Shown here: positions 23,619 to 37,665 of the stretch, in pieces
How positions within the stretch are numbered: position 1 is the stretch's first letter
Layout of the letters: every line of letters begins with the position of its first letter
Assembly (NCBI RefSeq): GCF_022045235.1
Contig: NW_027266268.1
Location: 17,794,001 to 17,858,000, forward strand
Length of the DNA stretch: 64,000 bases
Source: Haliotis cracherodii
Taxonomy: Eukaryota
Direction of reading: 5' to 3'
Program-made: the position numbers and the translations under genes
The notes under the pieces: generated by a model
What the model was told of the DNA's origin: nothing
The model's database searches: none
The model's input: the letters and a program-made list of their open reading frames with translations, nothing else

Positions 23619-26600
23619 AGTAAATATCATATACTATAAATATATATATCGTGAAGGCCAATGCTCACTTTCTCCGACGGTAAACTCGAATGTTGTCGCT
23701 TTGTTCGTATAAGCGGACTTCGTTTTGGTATGCCTGGTGAACGTTCGCCATTGCTGACGATGGGAGCCAGTAGTGTGGATTGTTGAGGTGCTGTCGTAGC
23801 GGTCACTACGCGGTCAGTGGCCATCTGCCCAGCCAGGCAGGTCAGGGGAATCTTATAGATGTTCATGGCGGGGCCGGTTTTCGCTGCAAATGTTTGACAT
23901 ACTATATACATAAAATAGAGCACACGTTGGTAATAAAAACACTTTTATGTCATCCAATTGTCTCACAAAGCTTTTAGCGAGTGACGTAGAAGACACACGT
24001 GTACAAACAGGTGTGCGATACGTTTTTCATATGATTAATTAGTTTTATGACAAAGCAGTTATTTGGCAAAATTGTTTCAAAGCAAAGTTTAAGCATTACA
24101 AATGCATGAGACATGTTTTCATTGTACTACATTATCTATTGTAAAACATGTTCAGACTCACAATAAACTTTACAAAATAAATTAGGGATCAAGAATATTT
24201 TTTGGGAATATTATTTTGTCATCGTGAAGGAAGAGTTTGTGTGTACAGTATAAGCATTTTTCATTTACTTTCTACTCTGTCGTGAATCTTGATTAGATCA
24301 TGGATGTAGAAGGCTTACAGGAAAGAGAAAACTTACAAGAAGGAGAAGGCTTACAAGAAGGTGAAGACTTACAAGAAGGAGAAGATTTACATGAAGGAGA
24401 AGGCTTACAAGAAGAAGGCTTACGGGAAGGAGAAGACTGGCAAGAAGGAAAAGACTTATAAGAAGGAGAAGCATTATAAGAAGAAGACTTACAAGAAGGA
24501 AAGGCTTACAATGAGAAGGCTTACAAGAAGGTGAAGACTTACAAGAAGGAGAAGATTTACAGGAAGGAGAAGACTGGCAAGAAGGAAAAGACTTATAAGA
24601 AGGAGAAGCCTTATAAGAAAAAGACTTACAAGTATGAAAGGCTTACAATGAGAAGGCTTACAAGAAGGTGAAGACTTACAAGAAGACGGCTTAAAAGAAA
24701 GCGCAGACTTACAAGAAGGTGAAGACCTACAAGAAGGAGAAGACTTACAAGAAGGAGAAGACCTACAATAAGGAGAATACTTACAAGAAGGAGAAGGTGG
24801 AGGGGAGAAGGAGTTCTCCTTCTCTCTACTCTTCTCTGTCGGCGTATTCGTCATGGCTGCCGAGGAGGCGAAATAGATATCACACTGAAACAGTAGCAGA
24901 ATGCTTTAGTATGCAGGGCAGTACACTAGAATATCCGTTCTAATACCCTATGGTATTCGTGGCAAAACTCTACAATACTCGTGGCAATGCGCTAATGTGT
25001 GGGTGATTTGGGTTTAACCCCTCTTTGAACAGCATTCTAGTGTCAGCCTACGTTTGGAGGAAATCCCGAAGTGATGCAGGTGTCAGACGTTCCCCACATT
25101 AAGAAACGTCATGACATCAGAGATACTGTGTAAACGGGTCTACACACCCAATAATTTACAGACCCGTGAAGATCCGGGTGAGAGTTGGTCTCACCCTCGT
25201 TGTTGTAAGAGGCGACTAACGGGATCGCTCGCTGACTCGGTTGATTCAAGTCATCGTATCCCAATAGCATAGATCGAGGCTCATAATGTAAATCATGGAT
25301 TGTCTGACCCAGACTCGATTATGTACAGACTGCCATCATATAGCATGGATATTGCTGAGTGCCGTGTTAAAAAACACACAAACAAACAAACAAACAAACA
25401 AACACATTTACATACCTTTGATGTTATGAGCGTGAGGTCCGGCATAGTCATGGTATGAACGAGATTTCCGTTGATGATGAGGCGAATTTCAATAGTGTCA
25501 GGAGTGAAGGCCATTATATACGGAAAGGCACAAACTGGAAATAAGAATTGATCACACAATTGTTACAGTGAGTCGAGCATGTATTACAGCACCGCTGCAT
25601 CATTCCACAAGTCCCACATGCATCGGCTTCCTATCGGCCCCACAACCCCAATTTCTTCTGATGCCACGTTAAATCAACCATGTCACAGAGGAAAGAAAAT
25701 ACTGGGCATAGCTAGCAACCATCGATATACATTAATATATCCACGTGAAGATGGAAATGGTCAAACAGAAATCTATGGTATGCATAATGCATTCATAAAT
25801 TATTCAAATCTGGTTTTACACAAAACGATACAAATATGTTTAGTTTAAATACAATCTGTAGAATAGGTCTTCAGCAACCCATGCTTTCCCAAGAACGGGG
25901 TTATGCTTGTCGTAAGAGGCGACTAATGGGATCGGGTGGTCAGGCTCGCTGACTCGGTTGATGCATGTCATTGATCCAAATTGCGTTGATCGATGCTCAT
26001 GTCAATCACTGAATTGTCTGGTCCAGACTCGATTATTTAAAGACCTCATATAGCTGGAATATCGCTAAGTGCGGCGTTCAACAACAAACAAACAAAAACA
26101 TCTGCCCCATTCTCAATTGGAATTTGTGTTGTTATGTTTAGAATGATAAGTCGCTGTCAAGAAAAAGTTTTAAAATTATTATTTTTTAAATCAGATATGC
26201 CGTACCTATAGAGTTTAAATTGGATATGCCGTACCTATAGAGTTTAAATTGGATATGCCGTTCCTATAGAGTTTAAATTGGATAAGCCGTACCTATGGAG
26301 TTTAAATTGGATATGCCGTACCTATAGAGAGGGGCTCTGAATTCCAGTGGAAGTCGAAATCATGACACTGTTCTTCTTTCAGTTTCTGGAAATGGCTGAC
26401 ATCTGGAATAGAATTTGAAACAAACGTTTATAGAACACGACATATGAATCACACGAAACTATCAATATTAAAATATTAAATTCATGCAATCACTAATTAT
26501 GGTAATACTGATCATGTCATGTTCACACTTTTAATTTTAATGTTTATCATGGTCATAGCCAGGTTCACTTTAATCAGGCTCACATTAGCCAGGTTCACAT

Positions 26601-29600
26601 TAATCAGGGTCATCATGAATCAGGTTCACATTAACAAGGTTCAAATTTATCATGTTCAGTTTAACAAAGTTCAAATTAATCAGGGTCATCATTAATCAGG
26701 TTCACGCTAACCAGGTTCACATTAATCAGGTTCACGCTAACCAAGTTCAGGCTTAACAGGTTTACATTAACCAGGGTCATCATTAATCAGGTTCATGCTA
26801 AGCAGGTTCACATAAACCAGGGTCATCATTAATCAGGTTCACGCTAAACAGGTTCACATTAATCAGGTTCACGCTAAGCAGGTTCACATTAACAGGCCTA
26901 ACATAACCAGGTTCACACTAACATGCCTAACATAAACAGGTTCCCATTAACAGGCCTAACATAATCAGGTTCACACTAACCAGCCTAACATAACCAGGTT
27001 CACATTAACAGGTTCACACAAACCAGCCTAAAATAACCCGGTTCACATTAACAGGTTCACACTAACCAGCCTAAAATAACCAGGTTCACATTAACAGGTT
27101 CACACTAACCATGTTCATATTAACCAGGTTTGCAAATAACCAGGTTCACACTAACCATATCAATACGGAGAACTGCTACTGATGGGCGTGGCATTTTGGT
27201 GTGGATGAAAACATTTCCCTTGTGTGTGTAGTTGTACCGAAAATAACGACAAGAAACGATATTGTTTCCATGTAGGGGATTGAACGCTCTCCCCACTAGT
27301 CCACCCAATGACCCTCTCTATCAGTCAGTGGGGCTCAAATTACTTTTCGTTCCACAACAGAGATGACTTAGATTTAATATTACCATCGACATCAAGGTTT
27401 CAGTGTGGTGAAATGTGATGCCATTGGTTTCGAAATTTTAACGCATCAAGCATGACTTGACAAACATTTTCCGATGCAATTCCCTATTTTGATCTGTACC
27501 ATATGTTTAGTGTTGTTGTTTTATCGGGTGGACAATTGATTTGCCTTTGACGGTGGGGCAGGATACGCCCTCCTTTTCGCAAACACCTGGTATCATCACT
27601 ATTTGAGTGAGTCAGTGAGTGAGTATACGGTTTTACGCCGCTTTTAGTAATATTCCAGCAACATCACGGCAGGGGACACCAGAAATGGGCTTCACACATT
27701 GTACCCATGTCGGGAATCGACCCCGGGTCCTCGGCGTGACGAGCGAACGCTTTAACCACTTGGCAACCCGACCGCCCCATCACTATTTGTGATTCCAAAA
27801 CACATGATCCTGACATGGTCGGTTCGTACAATAGACTCTGTCTTTAGCAGATAGGGGCGGTCGGTTAGACTAGTGGTTAAAGCGTTCGCTCATCATGCCG
27901 AAGACCCGGGTTCGATTCCCGACATGGGTACAATGTGTGAAGCCCATTTCTGGTGACCCCCGCCGTGATATTGCTGGAATATTGCTAAAAACGGCGTAAA
28001 ACCATACTCACTCACTCACTAACTCACTCACTCACTTTAGCAGATATTTGTTATTTTGTAAAGGTCTTTGTCGCTTTTCTTGAACACACTAAGGATATAG
28101 CATCTTGTTTAAGATTTTGTTGAGCTGTTGAAATGTTTTTCTAGTGGTTATCAATCAATTCAACTACATTTCACGCCAACAAGAGGATAGCGAACTTAGT
28201 GTCTGTCCAAAATGGTTTGGGAAGATCAATGACCCAGGGGAAAGTAATCTCACGTGAATCAGAAGATTTCTCGACAACAATGTTGATGTTTCCAAACCTC
28301 ATGGCTATTACACTGACGAATGATTGATACGTTACCCTTCTTTAAGCATGGAACCGAATACTTCACTGATAACATCAAATGCATTTTCTTTAGCACAACA
28401 CAAACATTCACTGTTCATATTTTGTCCGACGTGAAAGAAGCCATTAAAAGGACAGCGGTTGGGCATTATCGTTTGATTGCAATCGGATTGTCTCCGGGGC
28501 CATTTCAAGTTCAAAGAGACAACTTCAATGATATCTTTCCACCACGAAGAAACAACGTGGATTGAACTTCAAGTACATTATGTGCTGATAGAGCACTTTG
28601 GTTCAGCGATTGTGTTTTCTGTTTGAGGACACCCACCTGTGTCGGAGTATTGAAGGTAAAAATACAAATGCAATGGGAAACGTACGATTGTAACACAAGA
28701 TGAGCTCGGCTTCATCATCCTCGTAGATGTCAATCGCCGCAACCAAATTCACCTGAAACAAAAATCAGAAGTTAAAGGAAGCCATCGAACGACATCCATA
28801 GGCTGGAAAATCAAACGTAACACGTGGCCTAAATCAGTCGCCATTGCATTCCCATGGACAGGGTACAAAATCCCGTGACGTAAGAAATGTACGTGTCGTG
28901 TTAGGATTATGCAGCGACTGGAATGAGCGTTCGATAATTACCTTTAACCTAAGCTGGTCGTTAAGTTCGAAAACACTTGGTTTACCGTTTTGAGTTTAAG
29001 ACTTTATGGTTCTGTCTTATTGTGGTAGTCGTATCAGCTGTTGTATCATGACATATAATGAAGTCCCTGATATCATCGACTATTCGCATGTAAGACAATG
29101 GTAGCACCGCAGTATGACCAAAACAGGATTCCACTAGGAACAAAACTGCTTTATAAGCACATATCAAAGCAAATGGAGTTTTCTCGTAAATAACGAGTCT
29201 TCACTGTATTGTGTTATCAGTGGAACGTCCGTAACGTTTGTCCCAATGTTGTTAACCCGACGGGAATCCAGTTGAGCACAGGATCCAAGTAGCTTGTCTT
29301 ACAATGCGACTCCATGGATCGGAAACCTTGAAGATCCGGGTTAAAAAAGGTCTTCAGCATCCCATGCTTGTCATAAGAGGCAACTATGTTCGTCGTAAGA
29401 GGCGACGGGATGGGGTGGTCAGGCTCGCTGTCACCGTTGATGCATGTCATCATATCCCAATTGCGTAGATCAATGTTCATGATGTCAATTACTGGAATGT
29501 CTGGTCTGGACTCGATTATTTACAGACCATCGCCATATAGCTGTTTTATTGCTGAGTGCGGTGTTACACAACAAACAAGCATGGAAAGGATAGTCAGGTG

Positions 29601-32600
29601 ACCTATTTTCGTACAGGCTCATAATATCAGTCACTGGATTATCTGGACTCCATTATATTCTAACCGGCGTCATATAGCTGGAATATGCAGAGTGCGCCGT
29701 TAAGAAACAATTAATCAAAGCCAATATTGCGAAGCCGGAAAGAGAACTCAACAGGAAAAACTGTTCGAAGGAGTATCACCAAATAACGTTGGAGAACACC
29801 CTCAATGAGCGTCTTACGAACGAGGGCGGTCGGGTAGCCTGGTGGTTAAAGCGTTCGCTCGTCACGCCGAAGACCCAGGTTCGATTCCCGACATGGGTAC
29901 AATGTATGAAGCCCATTTCTGGTGTCCCCCGCCGTGATATTGCTGGAATATTGCTAAAAGCGGCGTAAAACCATACTCACTCACTCACTCTTACGAACGA
30001 AGCTGTTGCTGTGGCTGTTCATACACTTAGTAAAGTATAAATAAAACTCCTCACAATACAACTACCGGCGGGGAAGCATCTTTACATTTTGTTCCGTTCC
30101 ATATGTGATAAATTATGCACACACAAAATATTCCGCAATAAATAAATAACAAACAGATTCGTTCGTGAAATCTCCTCGAATAAACGGTCAAACGAGTTTT
30201 TTTACTCCCAAAGGAGGAGCCGAAGGTTGAATATTCTTACAAAACATGTTGTTATAGTGAGTGATTGAGAATGGTTTCACGCCGCTTTTAGCAATATTCC
30301 AGCAATATCACGGCTGGGGACACCAGAAATGGGCTTCATACATTGTACTCATGTCGGGAATCGAACCCACTAGGCTACCCGACCACCCCCATTTTATTAT
30401 AGAACAACCAGCATGTCCAGTTTGTATTTTTAATAACCTGGAACGTACTATTTTATGCAGAATTTTCTGGAATAAATTCTTTTTATTTAAATAAAACATT
30501 GATATCAAATGGTTAAAGGTTAACATCCCAAGAAGAATCTGAAGTACATTGGTCGAGGAGTATGTATATTTAACTGTGTCTTACCTTGTTGGATTCCACG
30601 TGATACAGCTGTAGGGTGTCGCCATTCTTCTCGTTGATGAGATCATACTGGTTTTTGTAGCCGATACAAATGTGATTATCTCCCTTCATGCCGTCAATCA
30701 ACGTTATCATGCTTGGCACCTCAAAGGCTTGCAATTCCTGAAAATACGGGTGAGTGAGTTAAGATTAATTGAGTGAGTTGGGTTTAACGCCGCTTTTCAC
30801 AGTATTACAGTTATATCACGGCGTGTCAGCTTAATGTGGGAGGAAAGTCCGAAGTGATGTAGGTCTCAGACGTTTACCGCTTCGGTGGTAATCCAGGTAT
30901 GGTGCTGGAATATCTAGAAACATACTGAGGGCGAACCAGGATTCGAACCCACAATCATAGGTTTCTGGCGTGCCCAAGGGACGCGACTTTGCACAGCGAA
31001 TCGCGGCGCCTTAGACGGCTGGGCCACCTGTGCCCCCGTTAAAAGTAAGGCTACGTTGAACAGAATATAATTAATATCAGGGCATGTAGCTTAATGTGGG
31101 ACGAAACCCCGAAGTGGCGTGGAAGACTGCGTGTATAGAACTGTGGTGAAACCAACTTTGCACGGAATGGTCCTCACCGCTTTGAACAGTTTTTCATATT
31201 TTTTTCACAATGTGGTCGGAAATACCAAAGTGATCTTTTGGATGAACGGTTACAAGCCTACAAAACCAGGATCATAATATGGGTTAACCTGGTATCCGAG
31301 GCCCCGATTAACTGATCCTGACAGGACTAAGGGACACAACTCTGGATGAATTGTGACGCTTTAGACACCAGAACCAACCCCGTATTTAAGGCGAGCAGGG
31401 GATCATAAAAAGTTTGTTATATGTATTCGCCGTTCGAATTCAAACATTAAAAAGAGTACAGTCATGCTCAGATGTATGATTATTACAGAAAATTAACAAA
31501 TGATAAATTATTTTGTTTTGTTCTTGTTGTGTTGTTCAGGGATTTGACATGAAACAGTCATGGTTTGAAAGAACACACGAACAACACCGAAAATCCTTAT
31601 TCATATTTATCAATACAATTATCATTTTGAAGACACTTTTGAAAATTAGCTCAGGGGGATGATGCTGTGATAACATCTCGAGAGATGATGATGGTGGATC
31701 CTCACAGTCATCAGATTCGCTTTGTGACAAGTCCCTTGTGTTTAAAATGCGTGGCATTGATCGGAACAAGAACGAAGCGTTTCCCCAAGTCTCACGGAGT
31801 CTCCTAGGCGTCTGTTTATTCATCAATGATGACATCACCTCTCTGATGTAATTACGCTAACACATTTATCATTCCAAACTGACAGGAGATAATGGACTGT
31901 TTGAATGATGTGAAAAAATACACACTGGCATCTCAGTATTCATAAGGGGGCGGTGGGGTAGCCTGGTGGTTAGAACACTTGCTCGTCAAGACCCGGGTTT
32001 GATTCCCCTAATTTTTGGTTTACCTACTCCTAAAATATTGCCGAAGCAGCGTTAAACCCATTTTATTCACTCATCATATATTCATAACATTGAATAGGAC
32101 ATTTTAGCAAGCGTCTTTAGAAAACTCTTTACATTTATATTAGACCACAGTCTTTTGTACCATTTAATGACATGTTTTTAATAAATACATGGTAAGAATT
32201 ACGAACTCAGTTTGCAGAGATATTATATCATGGGTCTTGTGTATTATATTCATTCAGTGAAACCACATACTTTATTTTGTCACGCGAACAACATGGGTTT
32301 TGCCAATTTGATATAAAAATTAGGAGATTATTCTATTTGGTAAATACAAGACGTCAAGGCCAGAGAATAATCTGCCTTACTTGTGGGCCCAAATAGATTC
32401 CATGAGGCGTGAACGCAAAATAGCGGTAACAACATTAACAGTTCAAAATAAGATAATCATAGTGTTTTCGACAACGCTGTGAGTGAGGTGTGAGTGAATT
32501 TGGTTTAACGCCGTTTTATCTCATTCATAGCACTTTGTCATCTTCATTACCGACCTTTGAAGATCAGGGGTAGAATAGGTCTTCAGCAAACCATGCTTGC

Positions 32601-35600
32601 TGAAAAGAGGACTATGCGACTAACGGGATTCGGTGTTAAGGCTCGCTGGTTGATGCATGTCATCGTATCCCAGTTGCGTGGATCGATGCTCGTGATGTCA
32701 ATCACTGGATTGTCTGGTCCAGACTCGATCATTTCCATACCGTCGTCATATAGCTGGAATATTGCTGAGCGCGGTGTTAATAAAAAAACAAAAAAACAAA
32801 ACATCTTCATTTCCGACCTCCTTGCTACCACCGCCATCCCCACACAGACACCAACACCAGCACAACCTACCCGTTAACAACCCATCCCGCTACTCTGAAT
32901 CCTCTACTGGATCCTAAGCCATTGATACGTCACCGCTCTGTAATCTCTTTATTCAAGTGTATTGTAGGACATAGGCCCATGACACAAACGGAAAATGTAC
33001 AGTGGAAGTTCGAGGATCACATTTATGTATTTAACAATGATTGTCTAAGATACATGGCTTTAACAATAAACTAAGAAAGACTTTGTACAGTTGCTCGATG
33101 GACAGATGACATTAGGATGTTGAACTTTTTCCTTGTTGGGAATTCATATTTTCGCGGTATAAATTCTGCCCTCAGAATCTGGTAACATTTGCATATTAGA
33201 ATAAAATGGTACTCATCTTCAACATAAATGTATTTACATGCTTTGCAAACTCGTTCCACTCTAGGTTCCGTTTTGTGTCTACCAGATTCGATCCGAAGAT
33301 GATGGGAACTACACCATAATCTAGCCAGAGCACGTTGAAATTTCTCTTGTTTTAACATAGTAATATATATTTCAAGGCCAAACGTTTGCTTATACAACGA
33401 ATAGGTATATGATTTTAAGCTTTCTGAAAGAGCCGCATGCCAGTCTTGTTCATATGAAGATTTTAATCTACATACAAATATATTTATAAACATTGGGATA
33501 TTCGTAATACATTGGTGCTCCCACACAAGGCTAAAACCTGTCAGATGAATAATACTTCTAATTTTTGAAGCCCAATTAATTTTACCATTTTGGAGCGCAT
33601 GTTGCATGTTATAACATTTTTTGACATACCGTGAGTCATGCATTTTCAAAATATTACACCAGTATTTAACAGCTCTTTTATATGCATAAATAAACAGCGG
33701 ATAACGTCCACATTCACTTCGCACAACATGATTTGAGGGTGAGTTTCGAACTCTTAAAAAACGTTTACAAGCCATCATATGTACGCTCTGAATTTCGTTA
33801 CAAATGTCAGGACTCAAGCCCCATATTTCTGACCAATGTAACATTAACGTCACCATTGATACGATACATCTGGTTACAAGGGGATTATAAGAGATCACGT
33901 GACTACTGTTTTCCCCAACACCTGAACAAACAGTAGCCCTATTTGTACTTGAACTCTTGACCCAAGCTGCGCTGTGGCCAAATCCCTTTAACAACACTTC
34001 TAACGATCCGTTTAGATCAACAACTTGGCGATATGTTCTTAGATGGGCAGGGGGGTCATTTGTAATGGTATGATGGTGAGTGTGTATTTAACATGGTAAA
34101 CAGACAGGGTAATCGTATTAGGGTTTGAGGAAGCGCCTACCCTGATAAAAGTGAATCCATCTATGGTGTCAAGGTCGACAGAAGGACACCAGGCGGACCA
34201 GGCGGCGGAGTGCTTCCAGTGGAACACCAACAGTCTCTTGGCCACCGCAACCACCATTCGGAGGTGACTCCCCCCGGGCTTGCTGAGGGAGTACAGGTGG
34301 CACCCTGGGGAAAACACAGTGGACATTTATATAAGGATGGCATGGCAGTTGTCGTGGATGTCGTAAGACTGCAGCTGATGTATTTGGATTGTAAATGATG
34401 TGGGATAGTCAGTTATTCATGAGATCGATAGGTATCCCTAGGATTTACGTCCTGGCAAAGGATTGTAATTGAGGTCACAGGATTGTGAGGGATATCACTG
34501 AATTGGGAGTGATATCATAGGATTGGGAGTGATTTCACTGGATTGTGAGCTGTGTTTGTTTTTTGTTCAACGCCGCACTCAGCAATATTCCAGCTGTATG
34601 ACGGCGGTCTATACATAATCAAGTCTGGACCAGACAATCCAGTAACTGACATCATGAACATCGATCCACGCAATTGGGATACGATGACATGCATCAACCA
34701 TGTCAGCGAGCCTGACCACCCAATCCCGTTAGTCGCCTTTTACGATTATGATTGAGATCACGGAGTGCACGTCAAGTTATAGAATAATTTGTGATATCAC
34801 AGGATTATAATAAATTGATGATGACTCGATCATGGCAATTGTTAACAACATCATCCTGATACTTAAAGGATTGTTATGAACGAGTTCTGTGCGTGCCATG
34901 TGCATATTCAGGCAAATCAATTGCCGTAAAGATCCGGCTTAGAATTGGTCTTCAGCAGCTAAAGCTTGTCGTAAGAGGCGAATAACGGGACTGGGTTGAT
35001 GCGGATCATCGTATCCAAATTGCTTGGATCGATTCTCATGGCGTCAATCACAGGACTGTCAGGTCCAGAAACGATTAGCTAGAGACCGTCGTCATATAGC
35101 TGGAATATTTCTGAGTGCGTTGTGGAACAAACAATATTTTGAAGACAATAATTTTACCTTTTGTTCTCTCCAGTTTGTGCTCACGACATTCGGACTTCGT
35201 TCGCGTGATAGATTCGTTCTGTTCACCCTCAAAATCCGTCAGACGAAAAACGTTGATTTTACCGTCTTTGCCTAAATAAGAAAACATTCCATAATTGTTT
35301 ATAAATTCAATGCAGTTCATAGATGTAATGCCTGATCAGTAAATAGATATAAGATCTTTAAGTAAATACAAGTTCGCTTCCCGTTAAGGATACATTGGGT
35401 TGTTAGTTTGTTACATTTTGTATGCGTATCGGATAATTTTGCATATTTTACGCAGACGCATAGCTTATCACGGGACGAATTTAATCACCTTTACAAGGCT
35501 GTGATGACGTGATATACCTGATTATGCTTTTTGAGATTATGCTTTGGTGTTTATATATTTACAAGCAGTTTCCGAGTAAGAAAAGGTATGTAATTCGTCC

Positions 35601-37624
35601 AGTGTTTTCTGTAGCTCCGCATTAAGCGTGAAATACCTTTCTCACTCCTCATGATGAGAAGTCCATGCGCTTCTACGACACTCAGCTGCCGAACTGAAAC
35701 TGTCTTCTCAAAGATGGCCCGCGGTGGAAGCCCCTCTGACAAAATCAATTGCAAAATGGTGAACAATGCGTCACAATAACTATACCACATTTGTGCTTGT
35801 CATTTGTGGTCAGTATAATTATTTCTTTCCACAGATTGATTTAAGCTCGGAATAAGGGAAAACGGAACTCGTGCGAAACGCATACGCACGCACGTACGTA
35901 AACACACACACCTACATCCTCTTATTTCACAAATAGGGGCAGTGGGGTAGCCCAGTGTTTAAAGCATTTGCTCGTCACGCCGAATGCTCGGGTTTGAGTC
36001 CCCACATAGTTACAATGTGTGAGGCCCCCTTCTGGTGTCCCCCCGCCGTGATATTAATGGAATATTGCTAAAACTCGGCGTAAAACCATACTCACTCACT
36101 CACTACCTATTTCTATTATATCACGTATGACGGCGGTCTGAAAAATAATCGAGTCTGGACCAGACAATCCAGTGATTGACATCATGAGCATGGATCCACG
36201 CAGTTGGGATACAATGACATGCATCAACCAAGTCAGCGAGCCTGACCACCCGACCCCGTTAGTCGCTGCTTACGACAAGCACAGTCGCCTCTTACGGCAA
36301 GCATGGGTTGCTGAAGACCTATTCTACCCCGGATCTTCACGGGTCCTCATTTAGTACAGGTGTCTATTTGAGGAAATATGGTGTGTTTACTCGGGGTCTA
36401 TACCTGTTAACAATAGCATAATAATAATAATGTGTACACAACTCTTACTTATGAGGTAAAGCAATTTATGTGGTCACGTCCTCGGACAGTTAATGTCAAC
36501 CATTTGACACATTGACGCAATGAAAACATACCCTCTAGCACCATAATTCCAGATTCCGTGGAGATAATCAACTTGTCACCTGCAGAGACAGTGATTGACA
36601 GGTGTCAGTATTGACATAAACATGTTCATAAAGTACGATGATTATAACACAGTGGCCTACATATTGATGCGTTCGGCATAAAAAAGAATGCAAAAATATA
36701 TTATAACGAGGCTGTCAACTTTTTAAAAAGATAAAAATCTGCATTTTAAAATGTATTTCTAGTCCATTGTTTAATTTGTTTGATCAGAGGCGAAAACTAA
36801 TTCTCAAACATAAAAGTAATTGTGATCCATTTGTCAATGACTCCAAATGAATAAAAAAACAATGGTTATTAATCTTCAAACTGTCTGAACCACAAAACAC
36901 TTTTAAAACTGCCCAGTCTAGATTGATGAGTATAAAGATCTTTGAATCGTCACTTACAACATTGAATACTCGTAAATACTGTCGAACATAAGAATATATA
37001 TATCTAAACAAAGGAAAATAAAAGTTTAAAAAAGTTTGAGGTTGTTAACATCTTAACAAAAAACAGTAAAATCTTTAGATACATATATGGCGGCCATCGT
37101 CAACATATTTAACTACCAGTATACTTACCACATCTTAAAAGAAAAATGTTTTTGAGTTTTGAATTATATGTTCCTAAAACAACACAAAATGATAAACATG
37201 AACACAGTTTTAAGTGTGTCTTGTTTCCGAAATATAAAAGCCAAACCTATGATTACGTTCAACAAAATGTTGAAAGAAACGGCGAGAACGTTATTATCAT
37301 CAATGGCGAATTTTACTGGATTTAATTGGGACAGCAAATCCAGCTTTGACTCACCCCAGGAATCACCACAGATGATGTGATGGGCAAACTCACAGTAACA
37401 CTTCTGGGGCTCCCAGGGCTGAAACAAAATTAAAAATATATGTTTTAGAGTTTGGTGAGATATAAATTGTGTTATTTTTGAGTTTCCGCGAAGCTTGAAT
37501 CGTTTTGGCACTCTATCTATATCAGCGTTATAAATTGTCTACGGAACGATGAGAAATATAATAAATAAGAACTGAGGGAACACAGAGCTCAGGTGTGTGT
37601 GTGTTTGTGTGTGTGTGTGTGTAT

Positions 37625-37665
<41 letters not shown>

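Noticed and set aside
33850-33997. N-terminal part of the 308 aa ORF as a host gene
   Set aside because: Chance open frame upstream of a truncated LINE ORF2
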